Origin: Sphagnum compactum
Taxonomy: Eukaryota
Direction: 5' to 3'
DNA length: 64,000 nt
Assembly (NCBI GenBank): GCA_965153455.1
Contig: OZ234493.1
Coordinates: 13,320,213-13,384,212, forward strand
The notes under the pieces are model-generated. The model saw nothing but the letters and a program-made list of their open reading frames with translations. It had not been told where the DNA came from and made no database searches. Position numbers and translations under genes: made by a program. Position 1 is the stretch's first letter. Each line of letters begins with the position of its first letter. Positions 1 through 11,793 of the stretch are shown here, piece after piece.

Positions 1-3000
1 AACCCAAAGGGCTTGTCTCACTGAGCAAAGTCCGCACATCCCTTCTCGTCCAGAGTAACCTTGACCTAGTGCTGGTGGCAGTCCACTTGGAATTCCATAC
101 AGTGGTAAAATGCTCTGAGCAAATTCCTGCACCAGGAATAATGCAAAGAGTGACATTGGTTGTCAAACTGCAGTTCAATTGATCTTGCGAAAACAATGAT
201 GCGAAAGTTGGTGCATAGGTATCACTGAGTGGAGACTCTGGTGTTGCCCTGCATATGCAGAAACAAGAAGCTCAAGAAGATGATGACGATGCTACTGTTA
301 AGAGAGTGTTATGGGGAATATGCTCACCTGATGGTTATAGACTTCTTTGGCTCTGTTGTCTTGCACATTTGGGCCCCATATACTGTATGGGGTGTCTGGG
401 AGGAAACTGGGAAACGAATTACTGAATGCGGCAAATGGCTTCAGTGGTGCTGGGAGTTGGTGGTCTGGAGTTTTAGGTTCGTGCTCAGGTGTGACAGGTG
501 ACCTGGCAGAAATCCTCACCTCTGTCCTCTGTGAACAAGAGCCTTGTGGAACCTGAATGCCAATCACTGCTGGTCTCTGGCTGGAGTTCTGCACAGAAGG
601 GTCGGATGTTGTTATCTTGGGCACATCCTCTGAGTCCTGTCCAATTTCGTTCTTGTGTAGCAGTGCTAGAAGCTCTGCCAAAAATGTCCATTCCTCCTGC
701 GAGAGACTTGCTGAGTTTATTCCAGAAGCATGAGGTGCATCTGGAAGTCTGGTCCCAACCTGAACTGTGGATGATTTGCATGCAATCAGACTGGCCAGGT
801 CTGCAGCTGATGAGCTTGATCCTGGACATTTGGGGGCATCATTCACCAATTCTGGGTGGCTTAACACCTGAGTTGCAACACCAGTAGTCAGAGTAGGCAG
901 CTTGTTTGATGGTAGAGATGTTGATGACGATGCAGCACCCATCAAGCTACTTGTTCCTCTGCATGCCACAGCTGCATAAGAGCGTGTCGCATCTACCAGG
1001 GACAGGCCCTTGTAACACTCAAGTCCAGCAGGATGCTGTTGTGCTGAAGGAGAGGCACTTTCACCTCGTTCAGCAACTTCATTGTTTACCACACCAGGTG
1101 GATCAGTGTGAGGCAGAGACGTGGGTGCATATGGTAAGGAAAACGAGTTTATGTGACTTGCACCCTGGCAGGCTACAGCAGCATAGGACCGTGAAGCATC
1201 CACTAATGATCGGCTTGTCATGAGAGATCCACTGGTCCTTCCTTGACTCTGTGATACAGGAGTGGGTCGAGTCAATGCTGGAAGGAGAACCATATGGGTT
1301 GCTGGGCCCCTTCCAACTGGTACAATCTTCATTCTGCAAACTTCAGGCAGAGAGCGGATGAAATCACTGAGCTTTTCATAACCAAGGGCCAAGTGGTCAA
1401 GTTCCAAACCACAGGTTGCTCTGAAATCTCCTTTCAGAGATGAGAGTGGATACCATTCTCCTTCGTTTAAGCGTGTTGACACTCCTGCCAGGAAGGTTGG
1501 GAGCCACTGCCTAAACTTGATCAACCAGGAAGGGGTAGATCCCTGGATGCTGCTGGATGAGCTTTGACTTACAGGTGATGAATACAAATCACTGGGATGG
1601 AAAAACTCCTTGGCTGATGACAATTTGTTGGAGAAACTGGTGTTGTCTTCTCCTGTAGGTTGCTGGCATTCCACCAATGTCATCCAGTGTGCTTGTGGAG
1701 TGCCTTGAAGTGTCTTGGGGTGAAGAAGTGATCCTGGAGTCGAGGGTGTTAGAAACTCCATTCTGTCCACTTCTGACATTTTGTCTGCAGGCAAAGGAGA
1801 ATACTGCTCCTGGACATTACTGTCAGATCTTGCAGAGTCGAGTGCTGGAAGTTCCGATCGAGGAACTGCACTTTTGATTTCCACCTGTCAGGGTAATGCA
1901 AATTTCAATTGGACGCAAGGAACTAACTCCAGGCTGGCCAATCACTGATGTACAATAGGCATGATCAGAGAGCATGTCAAAGAATGTGCTCCGCTTTTCT
2001 TAGTGTGCTGCTCACAACCATAAAAAATGGTCAAGGTCAATCATTTTGTACCTTTTTTCCGAAAATGTTGATGTAGTGAGCCTCAACTGCAGCTGCAACT
2101 GATTCTACATGCTTGAATGTGACAAATCCAAACCCACGTGATTGCAAATGGTCACCTGATTGACTTCCAATAACAACTGCATCTAGGACTGGACCATACT
2201 TCTCCTCAAAAAAGTCCCACAAGTCATCTGCAAACATAACAAACGGTTTCAATGAATTAATGGTGGAATTGCTTTCCTTGCTCACATCTCACTCATTGGG
2301 GATATGGCTTTTCTGACTGGACTAGTCTCTGTGCCCTGTAATATTTCACATTAATACACAACTCCAGTTTGACAATTATTCACCACAGGCATTGGAAGCA
2401 TCAATAGTTCAATCAAGTTCCAGGGCATTAGCCTTGAGAATTATTTAAGGATATAGCAGTTGCCACTTTTCAGGAAATTCTCTGGATTCTTCAGCAGTCA
2501 AAAAATATTTCTGATAGAGAAATAGAGGTCTGACATGAGAACTCATTTACACACTTTGCAGTGGAAATGGAACAAATGTCCCTAAACATCTGTGCTTGAA
2601 TCCTCCACTGGTAGAATGGGGCCACACTGTCAAAGCAAGTGTAGCACTGTAGCTAAACATTGTAAGGTCAAGAGAATTTGATAAGGCTTACCAGACTCCA
2701 CAGAAGGTGACAGACCTCCGACAAATATTTTCTTGCTTAGATCCTCTGTCACACGCTGTGGATCTCCCAGAAGTTGACAAGAACAGTGCAAAAAGCTGAG
2801 CATGATCTGCTGACTTCTTAACATGAAGGGGATCCCCCCACATGCATCTCAACATTTCATTTCTCAAGACTCAAGGCTGTGCATTTGCCAGTCATACCCT
2901 AATAAGTGTCTGGTACGTAGTTGCAGATCTGAGCATTGTGTTTATGTTGCCCAGAATGAAGATGCTATAAGCTTTGGCGCTACACACATTACTTATTGTG

Positions 3001-3859
3001 CATATGGAGATGGAGGAATAGTGCTTGGAAATTAGGTTTTACATTACCACGAACTGTATGCAAACTGTAAAACCTAATCTGCATTCGCAGCCTTCACTGC
3101 AAATATAGCTTCCTGGGACCTGCTAATGTTGTGAGAGTTCAGGCAATCGAGCTCTAACCTTGGTTCCTCCAAAATGTTTGGGTATAAGACCATGCCTTGT
3201 GTCTCCAGGTGGTAAAGCTCTGGCTCGCATAAGTGTTTCCTCACCATGGGCATAGAAACACTTCTCCCCGCGGACACATCCTCCGGGCATTGTAAAGTAA
3301 CGGCACATCTCTGTTTTCGCAGGTGCTTGCGGTTTTGAGCTGCAATGTACACATCATATCTCGGGCATTATAAATTGGGAGCAGAGGAGAGTTTCAGAAA
3401 CCACTAACAGATAACTTAGTCTAAAGATGTAGAAGGTAAAATCTCAATAGGACACAGCGATGATCTGCTTGCAAGCACTACTGCGAGCACGAGGTACATT
3501 ACGGACTGTACGAGCACACAACAACACGACCTCTCCTGCAGGATTCGATGGCTTCTCAAAGCTTTTGTCTAGAGCGGATTGATTGCCCCCCGTCCCCCCC
3601 CCGAGCAAAGTTCCGATGGCTTCAAAAATTATTCTCATCAAAGGCATTTGGCTTGGAGACAGAGTCCAGACCTCTCGTCAGTGTTTTCTTGGCCGGCTAT
3701 ATTGTCAGGCTCGGATGGAGGTGTTGCCGAGAAAGATTCAGTAGCTGTGCTCCTGGAGCACTCGCCGCCATTATTATTGCTATCGTCGTGAAAATACAGC
3801 CTCGATAATCGCTGAGCAAGGGAATTGGATTTTGGCAGGGCGTGAATATCCCTGGACAT
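1..3859 (-). CDS. CCCH zinc finger + RRM + OST-HTH/LOTUS RNA-binding protein with probable C-terminal RING finger (3' end outside window)
   Basis: Phase-consistent GT-AG exons: 3859-3672, 3339-3159, 2755-2692, 2227-2052, 1884-328, 126-<1 (764 codons in window). CCCH C-x8-C-x5-C-x3-H (CRYFTMPGGCVRGEKCFYAH). RRM with RNP2 IFVGGL and RNP1 RGFGFVTF is rebuilt across three exons and ends GKKVEIKSAVP. LOTUS-like segment YPLSSLKGDFRATCGLELDHLALGYEKLSDFIRSLP (~1280-1527). Last visible exon ends MCGLCSVRQALWV. Confidence 0.88.
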
Positions 3860-5316
3860 GACCAGCTCCTTCAGCTCCCCTGTCAAACCGCAACACACTA
3901 GCACAAAACAGTTACAAAAATCTGTTTTTTTCGTGAACAATACGTCACCTATGCACGTCTGGATAATCAGCGTAGACGGTCTAACTTGCAGGAAACAATA
4001 TTGATCTGATGGAGTTGCAGATAGACGATCTACCTGATAACGATCCGTCTTCAGTTTGAAGGCACGTCTCCTTCTCTAGTTTCCTGCAGACAGAACTGCA
4101 ACGGCTGTTAGTTCTTCAACAGCAGTGGCGATAAGGTCTGAATGCGGAGATAAAGTCATCATACAAACTGATGAAGTTTACGCAGTTCATTACTCGAACT
4201 ATCTAAAGATCGTGCTAGAACTTAGAACTGCGCCGAGTACTGAAAGAGCGTCAAATTTCTCTCGATCAGAGCTTCTGGACAATTGTTCACCGTCTTGCAT
4301 AGTTAAGATTCGCATTCCGCGCAAACGTTTTTTCACAACAAGGAGCCCCGGGAGACTCGAATTACCTGATGTCATCAGCTGTTACTTGGCGGCTTGATCC
4401 ATATTGGAGAAGAAAGCGCACGCAATCGATAGATGCAGCTTCGTTCACCTTGTCAGCTTCTCATGTTCAAGCACAAAAAGAAATTAACACATTTCTTCAC
4501 TACAATATTATCTCTGTATTAGTCACCAGAAAATCAAGTACTTACTGGTTAAATGAGCTCTTGAAAGCATTCTTTGTTCAGGACACACCGATACTCGCCA
4601 TTCTTTCAATATTGTGAGACAATTACCTCCATATACGTCAGACAATGCAGTGCTTATATCATAGACCAGTTGAAACATCTCTGTTCTAGCCAGAACCGCT
4701 TTATATATGTTTCACTACTAGAGGCAAAGGTGAAAAATGCAAGTAGGAACCTCCAAGTGAGCTTTCCAAGCCATGCTCATGGCCAAGAGTCGAAGAAAAA
4801 CCGTCCAAGCTGACCTGCTACATTGAAGGAAGATCGTCATTATTCATGAGCTAGAACGTAAGTCGTAAAGAAAAATTGCGATATTGTCTCTATCACACGG
4901 AAGCAAAGATTCTCTGAAATTAACTGCAAGATGCTCAATATCGAAGACACAGAGAAGATGAATTGACGCCGCAAGTCTCTAGAGATCGATTGATCCTCAG
5001 CCGTATCAGAATCACATACAATATGCGACGTGCAATTTGACCAACGAATTACTCTTACATATTTCCAAGCACCGCCAAAAGCGATACAGGACATGACGGC
5101 GGGCAAAGAAAATGAAGAGTTCAGTGATATAATGCAAGAAATTAAGCTTCCAGAATTGAATTAAACCATAGAATCAAACACAGATCATCTGGCACGACGC
5201 GCATTAAGTCTTACATTTTGTCATCTTGCAATCGCCAAAAACAGGATTTTCTCCGAACGATCGCTACAAGACAAAAAGGGGGTAAACTAAGAAAAATTGG
5301 AGAGATATGGAATCAC

Positions 5317-5513
5317 CTGCGCCGGCTTCTCAGCATTCCCTGAATTTGATTCCGACATTGTTTGGATCGAGAAAATTCGGTGAGGAGCTGGTTTTTGCGA
5401 TAGGGAGCTCCGCCGGTCTGAAGACGAGAGGAGAAGAGACGACGCGATGACGACGACGGCGACGACGGCGGAGAAAGAGGATCGAGATGAGGAGGAGAAT
5501 TTTCAGGTCCCAT
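5317..5513 (-). other. Probable first (5' UTR) exon of the CCCH-RRM-LOTUS gene
   Basis: CpG- and TC-rich leader-like sequence ending in donor CAG|GTGATT at 5316. Further candidate UTR splice sites lie near 3880, 3948 and 4084. Confidence 0.45.
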
Positions 5514-5524
5514 TCGAGATCTCT

Positions 5525-5662
5525 ATACACGTCTTCATCCCACGTGTGATGCCAGCTATGACAAACCACATCCTAAACCAGGTAGTATAGCATCTCGATC
5601 TGCTAGGGTTTCCCCGTACAATTGCTCACATGGGACCCACCCTGCCCAACCACGTGTCGGCA
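5525..5662 (-). promoter_or_regulatory. Putative promoter with G-box/ABRE motifs, a DRE/CRT core and a telo-box
   Basis: ACACGTC (~5527), CACGTG (5541), CCACGTGTC overlapping GTCGGC (= GCCGAC on minus strand; 5650-5661), TAGGGTTT (~5604), all directly upstream of the putative first exon. Confidence 0.45.
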
Positions 5663-8600
5663 TTGTCATTGACACCAACACCATTCATGCTTAGGTTTTC
5701 ATCCACCATCTACCCAAGTTGGTGAATGGCAATGTTTTTTGGGGTTTCATCCAATTTTGTTCCACTTTTTTCTTAACAATGTTTTTGTTTGGATGTTGGT
5801 TTTGAGAATGGAGCAAAAACATGTTCTCATCAACAATTTTCATAACATTCATCATGGCTAAAATTGGCATATTAGGTATGTTTCGATCAATAGTAATTTG
5901 AAGCTCAATGCTAATTGTTGTCATTCATGGTCTTTTCTTCAACATATTTTTAACTTCAATATGTAAATGACAACTCATAGCTTGAAGAAAAATCAAGTAC
6001 ATTTAATATAACAACTTTAATTTAGGTTCAATGTTATTATTCGTTATTAGTGATAATGAAATTTGAAAAAAAAAAGTTGATTTTGTGAAAATTAAGTTCT
6101 ATTTAAATGCAATATTGAATAACATTGCATGCAACATAAATTGAATTGAATTGAATTGAATTGAATTTAAGATTCAAATGGATCCAAATTCTATTGAAGA
6201 AAAATGAGATGTAAATTAATGCATTACATATGTAAAATATGGTGGTTTAGGTATATATGGTGGTATATTTTATTATGTAAATGTACGTTATGTAAATTAA
6301 TGCATTGCATATATGAATGATGGGAAGGAAAAGTATAACACCATCATTGAAATTTGGGAATATGTGATATGTGATAGTGCAAATCATTACAACATAATTG
6401 GGAATGTTACCCAATTATATGAGCTTTTATTGTTCATAGGTTGCATGCCTTTGAACACAAGTGTGATTACATGTTCTTTTATATCATTTTGTTGCCTTTT
6501 TAAATAAGATTATTTTTTCTCTCGATTTATCCAGAGTCTATGATTTCAAGTTTCGTATATTAGTGCACCCTAATTTTGAAAAGACACATTTGGACTTAAT
6601 TAATGTCAAAAAATACATTGTTTGATTTTCATTTTTAAAAAAACGTCCTTGACTTTTTTAAAGATTGTAACAAAAAAAAAAACGGTTTTGAAACAGAAAT
6701 AATTGAGGTAGTTGTTAAGAAGCTATGATTCCCTATCTCTTGTTTCCCCCCCTCCCCCCCCCGCCCCCCCAAACCCCCTTCTTCTTCTACATACCTATTT
6801 CAATAGAAAAGGACTGGGAAAGTATTCATGGCAGTTTCTAGGTGGATGAGTTGGAGTAACAAGGTTTCAATAAGAGAGCAAGTCAGAGGAAAAAATGTGT
6901 AAAGTAGAGTCCCATTCTTTGATATTCTTCTTTTTGTTTCAAAGTTGATTTATAGTCCAATTTTCTGCCTTTTTTTCCATTAGAAACTCAAGTTGTTTAT
7001 AAATCCATCATCCTATTCTTCACAAAAAAAAATTCCAAGCAAAAAGGTGCTAGACCCCTCAAAGCCACTCTTTAGTACTTTAAAAGGTGGATGAAATGTT
7101 ACATAATTGCCCTCCATAATGTTTTATCACATTGTGGAAAGGTTGTGTGCTGGGCAAAACATAGCATTGGAGAGGTTGTGTGCTGAGCAAAACACCGCAT
7201 TAAAGAGCTTGAGCTTAAGATTCCATTCTCATCATCGATGTGGAAGTCAGTGTGCTTACCATGGTCATAACAATAGTGTTCTCTTGCAGTAGACTGTGTT
7301 ACAAACTATGAACTTTTGCAAAACAAGTTTCATTATCAGAATTCCATACATGAATGCTATACATGTTTGCTTATACCACTCATAATCTACTTTATTTGCA
7401 ATTCAACTTTTGCAATTTTGGAAGATTTAGGAGTATTAAAGGATGGGCCGATATTAAAATTATGTCTTATGGATAAGGCAAAGTGTGGGAGGAGGTGAGG
7501 GCTAGGTCTATCATAGTCAACTGTTGTGCCTTCGTATCTTTTGTGATTGTCATCTCAAAGGGTAGTTTGTGGTTAGTAGTAATAGCCATTGCAAAGTGCC
7601 TCCTTGCCTATGAAAAAAATTCTTCAGTTGTAGATCTTAATTTCCCTCCTTGTTTGTAATGAGCGTGGTGGCCAAAGAAAAGTTTCTTGCACATAATTGT
7701 TAGTGTTGTGGTATTGGGCTATTTCAAAATTGAGGGAAATGTTTCATTATCATTTGCCATTCATAAAGATTGTGAATATTATATCATTATCTTATAACCC
7801 TCAATCACTTTGTTTCATTTGCATCATGACTTTTGTGATTTTGGTTTAGGATGCAACTAAGAATTTCCTTCACGCACTTTCCATATGTCTAGCAGGGAAA
7901 GGCCAATTTTTGTTTCACTCAAACACTATGTTTTCTCACTTTGAAATACTAGTTCAAAGCTGATGTTACAAGATAGATGCATTTCTTGCTTCCAATTGGT
8001 AGTTGTGAATGAATATCAATGTTCAAAAGTGGATTCATCTGTGAACTAAATCATGCACCATGATCATCTCATAATCACTTGTGTACGCATATTTTATAGT
8101 ATGGTAGATCTCTAACACTTGAGGTTTGAAGATATTTAATAACTTTGGAGCAAAGCTCTCAAAGGAGATGACAAACATTGACTGGCCGAACAATTGGCAA
8201 TCTCATAATGAATCTGAAGATCCCATTTGACCCATCATCTTTATGATGATCCTTGTGATTAGATGGTCATGATTCAACATTACAATATAAGTTCAATGGA
8301 GTTTCCTACACTATAGTTTGAAATGTCTTTCACAACCTCCCTTAAGGGATCATGGCTAGCTTTGAATGCACATCACAAGGTTGAAGAAAGAATAACAGAT
8401 TTATTTTTTATTCCACTGACAATGGTTTTGGATTAGTAGCTGCAGCTCAGCAGTAGGAAAATGATTGCTACTTGCCTTGAATGATTGAGCTTGAAACATG
8501 ATGATGGAGAGTTAGAGCATGTGGAAATAGGTGAAGATTTGAATGAAAGGTGGGGAAAAAATGTTTTCCAGTCTCTCTGTCAACCCATATCCTATCTACA

Positions 8601-9013
8601 ATTCCTTAAAGGATTCTAAAGCAAGCTTCTCCAATGGTGCAAAGGGGAGCCTTCACTGGTATTGGAGCCTATGTTGTCTTATGAATGAATGTTTTTGCAT
8701 CACTTGGTTGATTGTTTCATATATGTGTGTGTGTATGTTTCTTTTTTTCTTTCTTTTGCTTTCTTTGTAATAGTTATATTCCCTCCTAGTTTTGTACCTT
8801 GCTTGAATTTGCTAAACAATGTAGGATTTTATGTCTATTGATTGCTTTGGTTTTTTATGCCCTTTACGAGTTGCATGAAGATTTGCATATTGATGCATGA
8901 AGCAGTGGGTGAAAGAGACCAATGGCATGTTGTCATTGAAAGATGTGAAAATTCGATTATGTATGTATTCGCATTATGCCTCTTGAATGCCTATTGACAT
9001 CATGGTTGAGATT

Positions 9014-9218
9014 TCCTATTGTTGAAAAAAATGTGATAGACACTTGTGATGCAAATTTGTTGTAATTGTTTTCCCTAAGGTTTGAACAAATGGTCATATG
9101 CTTATCTACACCCATGATCAAAGGCTAATGAAATCAGTGGGGAGTAATGGCATCAAGTAATTATCCTGCATGATAAATGTGATGGTCTTACATGTTGTGA
9201 ATGACATTCACAAGGTTA
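9014..9218 (+). repeat. Ancient ~200-bp dispersed repeat, copy 1
   Basis: Collinear blocks AAAATGTGATAG, TTATCTACACC, ATGAAATCAGTGG, GTGATGGTCT and CACAAGGTTA are shared with the reverse complement of 24661-24884 and, more loosely, 25050-25271. Confidence 0.65.
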
Positions 9219-10993
9219 ATACTGCTCATTTTTCAAATATTTGTTTTGGGTTCCCTAATTTTTTGTGACCTTGCATTTTTTTCTAGATTTGTTTTTGCAA
9301 TTACATTGATATGTACATTTCTGATTTGATATACCTGAGCAATTCATATGAAATTATGGGGTTTATTAGTTGCCAAAAGCTTTTGTGGGCCTCTCTATTT
9401 TTGATTGAAGACTTCACACACCAAGAGAATCATGTAGGAGAATCACACACAAAGGTTCTTTTAACATTTGCAGATCACCTAATCTTGCTTGCATATTATC
9501 TTCAAATCCTCCATGTTAGTGAGTGATGTGTTGGTGGGTTGTTATGGAAAGGCTCACCATGTCCACAACTTTTGATAGTGTGGATATATCAGGTTTGTCT
9601 CCAATGTTATTGTTTTAAGTACCTTACACATTGCAAATGTATAATTTCCATGTACTTGAACACCCTCTTAGTGGGACAAGAAATTGTCAATATCTAGAGC
9701 CATCTTAGACTTTTTTTTTTCATGGTATAGATTGAATTGATGTAGTTTTGGGAAGATACCGTTTCCTAACCCCCAAAGGAATTGTGTGCAATTGAATTTT
9801 GTTTCTTATCCTTGGATGTAGGAACTATATTCTTTGCCAACTATAGGTGGGAAACAAAAGATTGCAAGTTTTTCTACCCTCACATCTTGTTCTCTATGCA
9901 TGAGAAAATTGCTTGAGAATCCAAATGACCGAGAGTCTTTATTTTCTTCTAGGGTTTGAATCAAGTTGCTCCGATAAGATTCTTGAAATAAAAAGATGTC
10001 ATTGATTCTGCTATTATAGTAGTATTTTCCAGTCTTTTCTTTTATTGAGTTGTCAATCAACTATGGGGATATTTGAGTCCATGTGTTATTACTTATTGAG
10101 ACTTTCATCGCATTTTGTTTGTATGATCCAGTGTCTTTTTTGTTTTGGTCTGTTTTGTATTTTTCTGCAGAATTTAATGACCTACGCTGTGATGCTTGGG
10201 AATCACACTATGGGTTTTTGGCATTGGAGCTATGACACTTAAACATGCAGTTGGTGTTATTCTTGTCTTCTGCTTCACCTAAAAAACGACTTCATAGTAA
10301 TTTTGGTGTATGTTATGGGGATAACATGAAATTGTAACTAAATTAGGGTCCAACCCATTTAAAGAAATGAAGATTTCTTTATCCCTCATTTATGAATTTT
10401 GATTGTCTTGTAAAATTTCTTTGTCATTTTCTTTTTTTACATTATAATTTTTTTTTTAATGATTAATCTTTGTGAGTTTCTAGCTCTTGTGCTTACCAAC
10501 ATCTTTTTATGACTTCTGGGTGCAATTGTTGCATTTGCCTATTTCATTGCAAGAATTTCACAAACCACCAACTATATATTCTGTTGTAGTTTCACAACAA
10601 CAACCTTCACATTTTTTCTAGGATAGGGTGTTTAGAGGTACAAGCCCCCTCCTTCAATTATCAATTGATGAAGTCATTACTAGGTGAACAATATGCCAAA
10701 GTAAGTGAATACGTCTATGTAAAGGACACAAATTCCAGCTCAATGTGTTGGTTCAGTGGTAAAAAATATTGTTTGTTTATTAAGAACACTTGCATGCTAA
10801 TTTGTTGAAATATTTTTTCTTTTGCTTGATTGAGGAGTTCTATAATTGGTATTTTTTGTTTTGAATTTTGTTTGCAAGTCTCTAGATGGTGCATGATATT
10901 AAAGATAAAAAAATGTTGAATTTTCACGAGATTATCCAAAGTTGGGTTAGAAATGAAGATAAAAATGTGAATATTGAATCCATAAGAAACCAT

Positions 10994-11179
10994 TGGACAA
11001 TAAGTTGTCCAATTTGCATGGATGAAATTAAATTAAAAACTTCAACAAATTGTGGTCACATTTTTTGTCAGGAAGTTATTTATGGCATGATTAATACATA
11101 AAACAAATGTCTTATTTGTTGAAAGAAACTTAGTTTAAAGGATGTACATCATGTGTACATTCAATTTACTCTTGAATAA
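10994..11179 (+). pseudogene. RING-HC E3 ligase pseudogene fragment (RNF4/STUbL-like C-terminal RING)
   Basis: WTISCPICMDEIKLKTSTNCGHIFCQEVIYGMINT*NKCLIC*KKLSLKDVHHVYI. C3HC4 spacing with two in-frame stops and one Cys ligand lost. Confidence 0.8.
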
Positions 11180-11793
11180 CTTATTTATTTTATATCTTCA
11201 ACACAAAATTTGTCTACTGAGGAAGTGGTGGCACTAAACCTGAAAGCACTCAATAATATAATTTTTGTTCATCCTTATGTTCTTGAAGAGGTACATTTTT
11301 TCACTTAGAACCTACTCGGTTCCAATATTTATTTTCTAAATAATTTCAAAATACTATTCCTGGTAGACAAAATTGTATCATTTTTTTGAATTGTGAATGT
11401 GTATGGGTTGGGTACTAGTTGTTGGAGATGAAAAGATGGTTTTACATAGTCTTCAAGGAGCCCTTTCCATCCAAGGGCAAAAGTTGGCATCTTTTTCCAA
11501 ACAGCAATGTGAGGTCAAAGATCTTAGAGCCTGGGTTTTAAGTAGAATTTTAAGTAGTATTTACCAAATTTTCTTTATTTTTATCATAAACTAAGCTTTT
11601 CATTCTTGAAAATGATCATGCAAATATTTATCATATTTTGTGCTAGATCAACAATTGACTCATCAGAAGGAAATGGGACGATATGGTTTTGACATTTTAA
11701 GCCAACAGTTGACATAAAAGTTTTTGTATTGACCATCTTCATCCTGGAGAAAAATCAAATGATGTGATGACACTTGTTTCCAATGTGTGGTAG

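Noticed and set aside
3444-3647. Possible extra exon in the CCCH gene (acceptor at 3536)
   Set aside because: Inclusion after the 3672 donor gives a stop within 13 codons, whereas direct splicing 3672 to 3339 keeps the frame.
7133-7202. 33-bp duplication reading ERLCAGQNIAL/ERLCAEQNTAL
   Set aside because: Only two units with no recognisable gene context.
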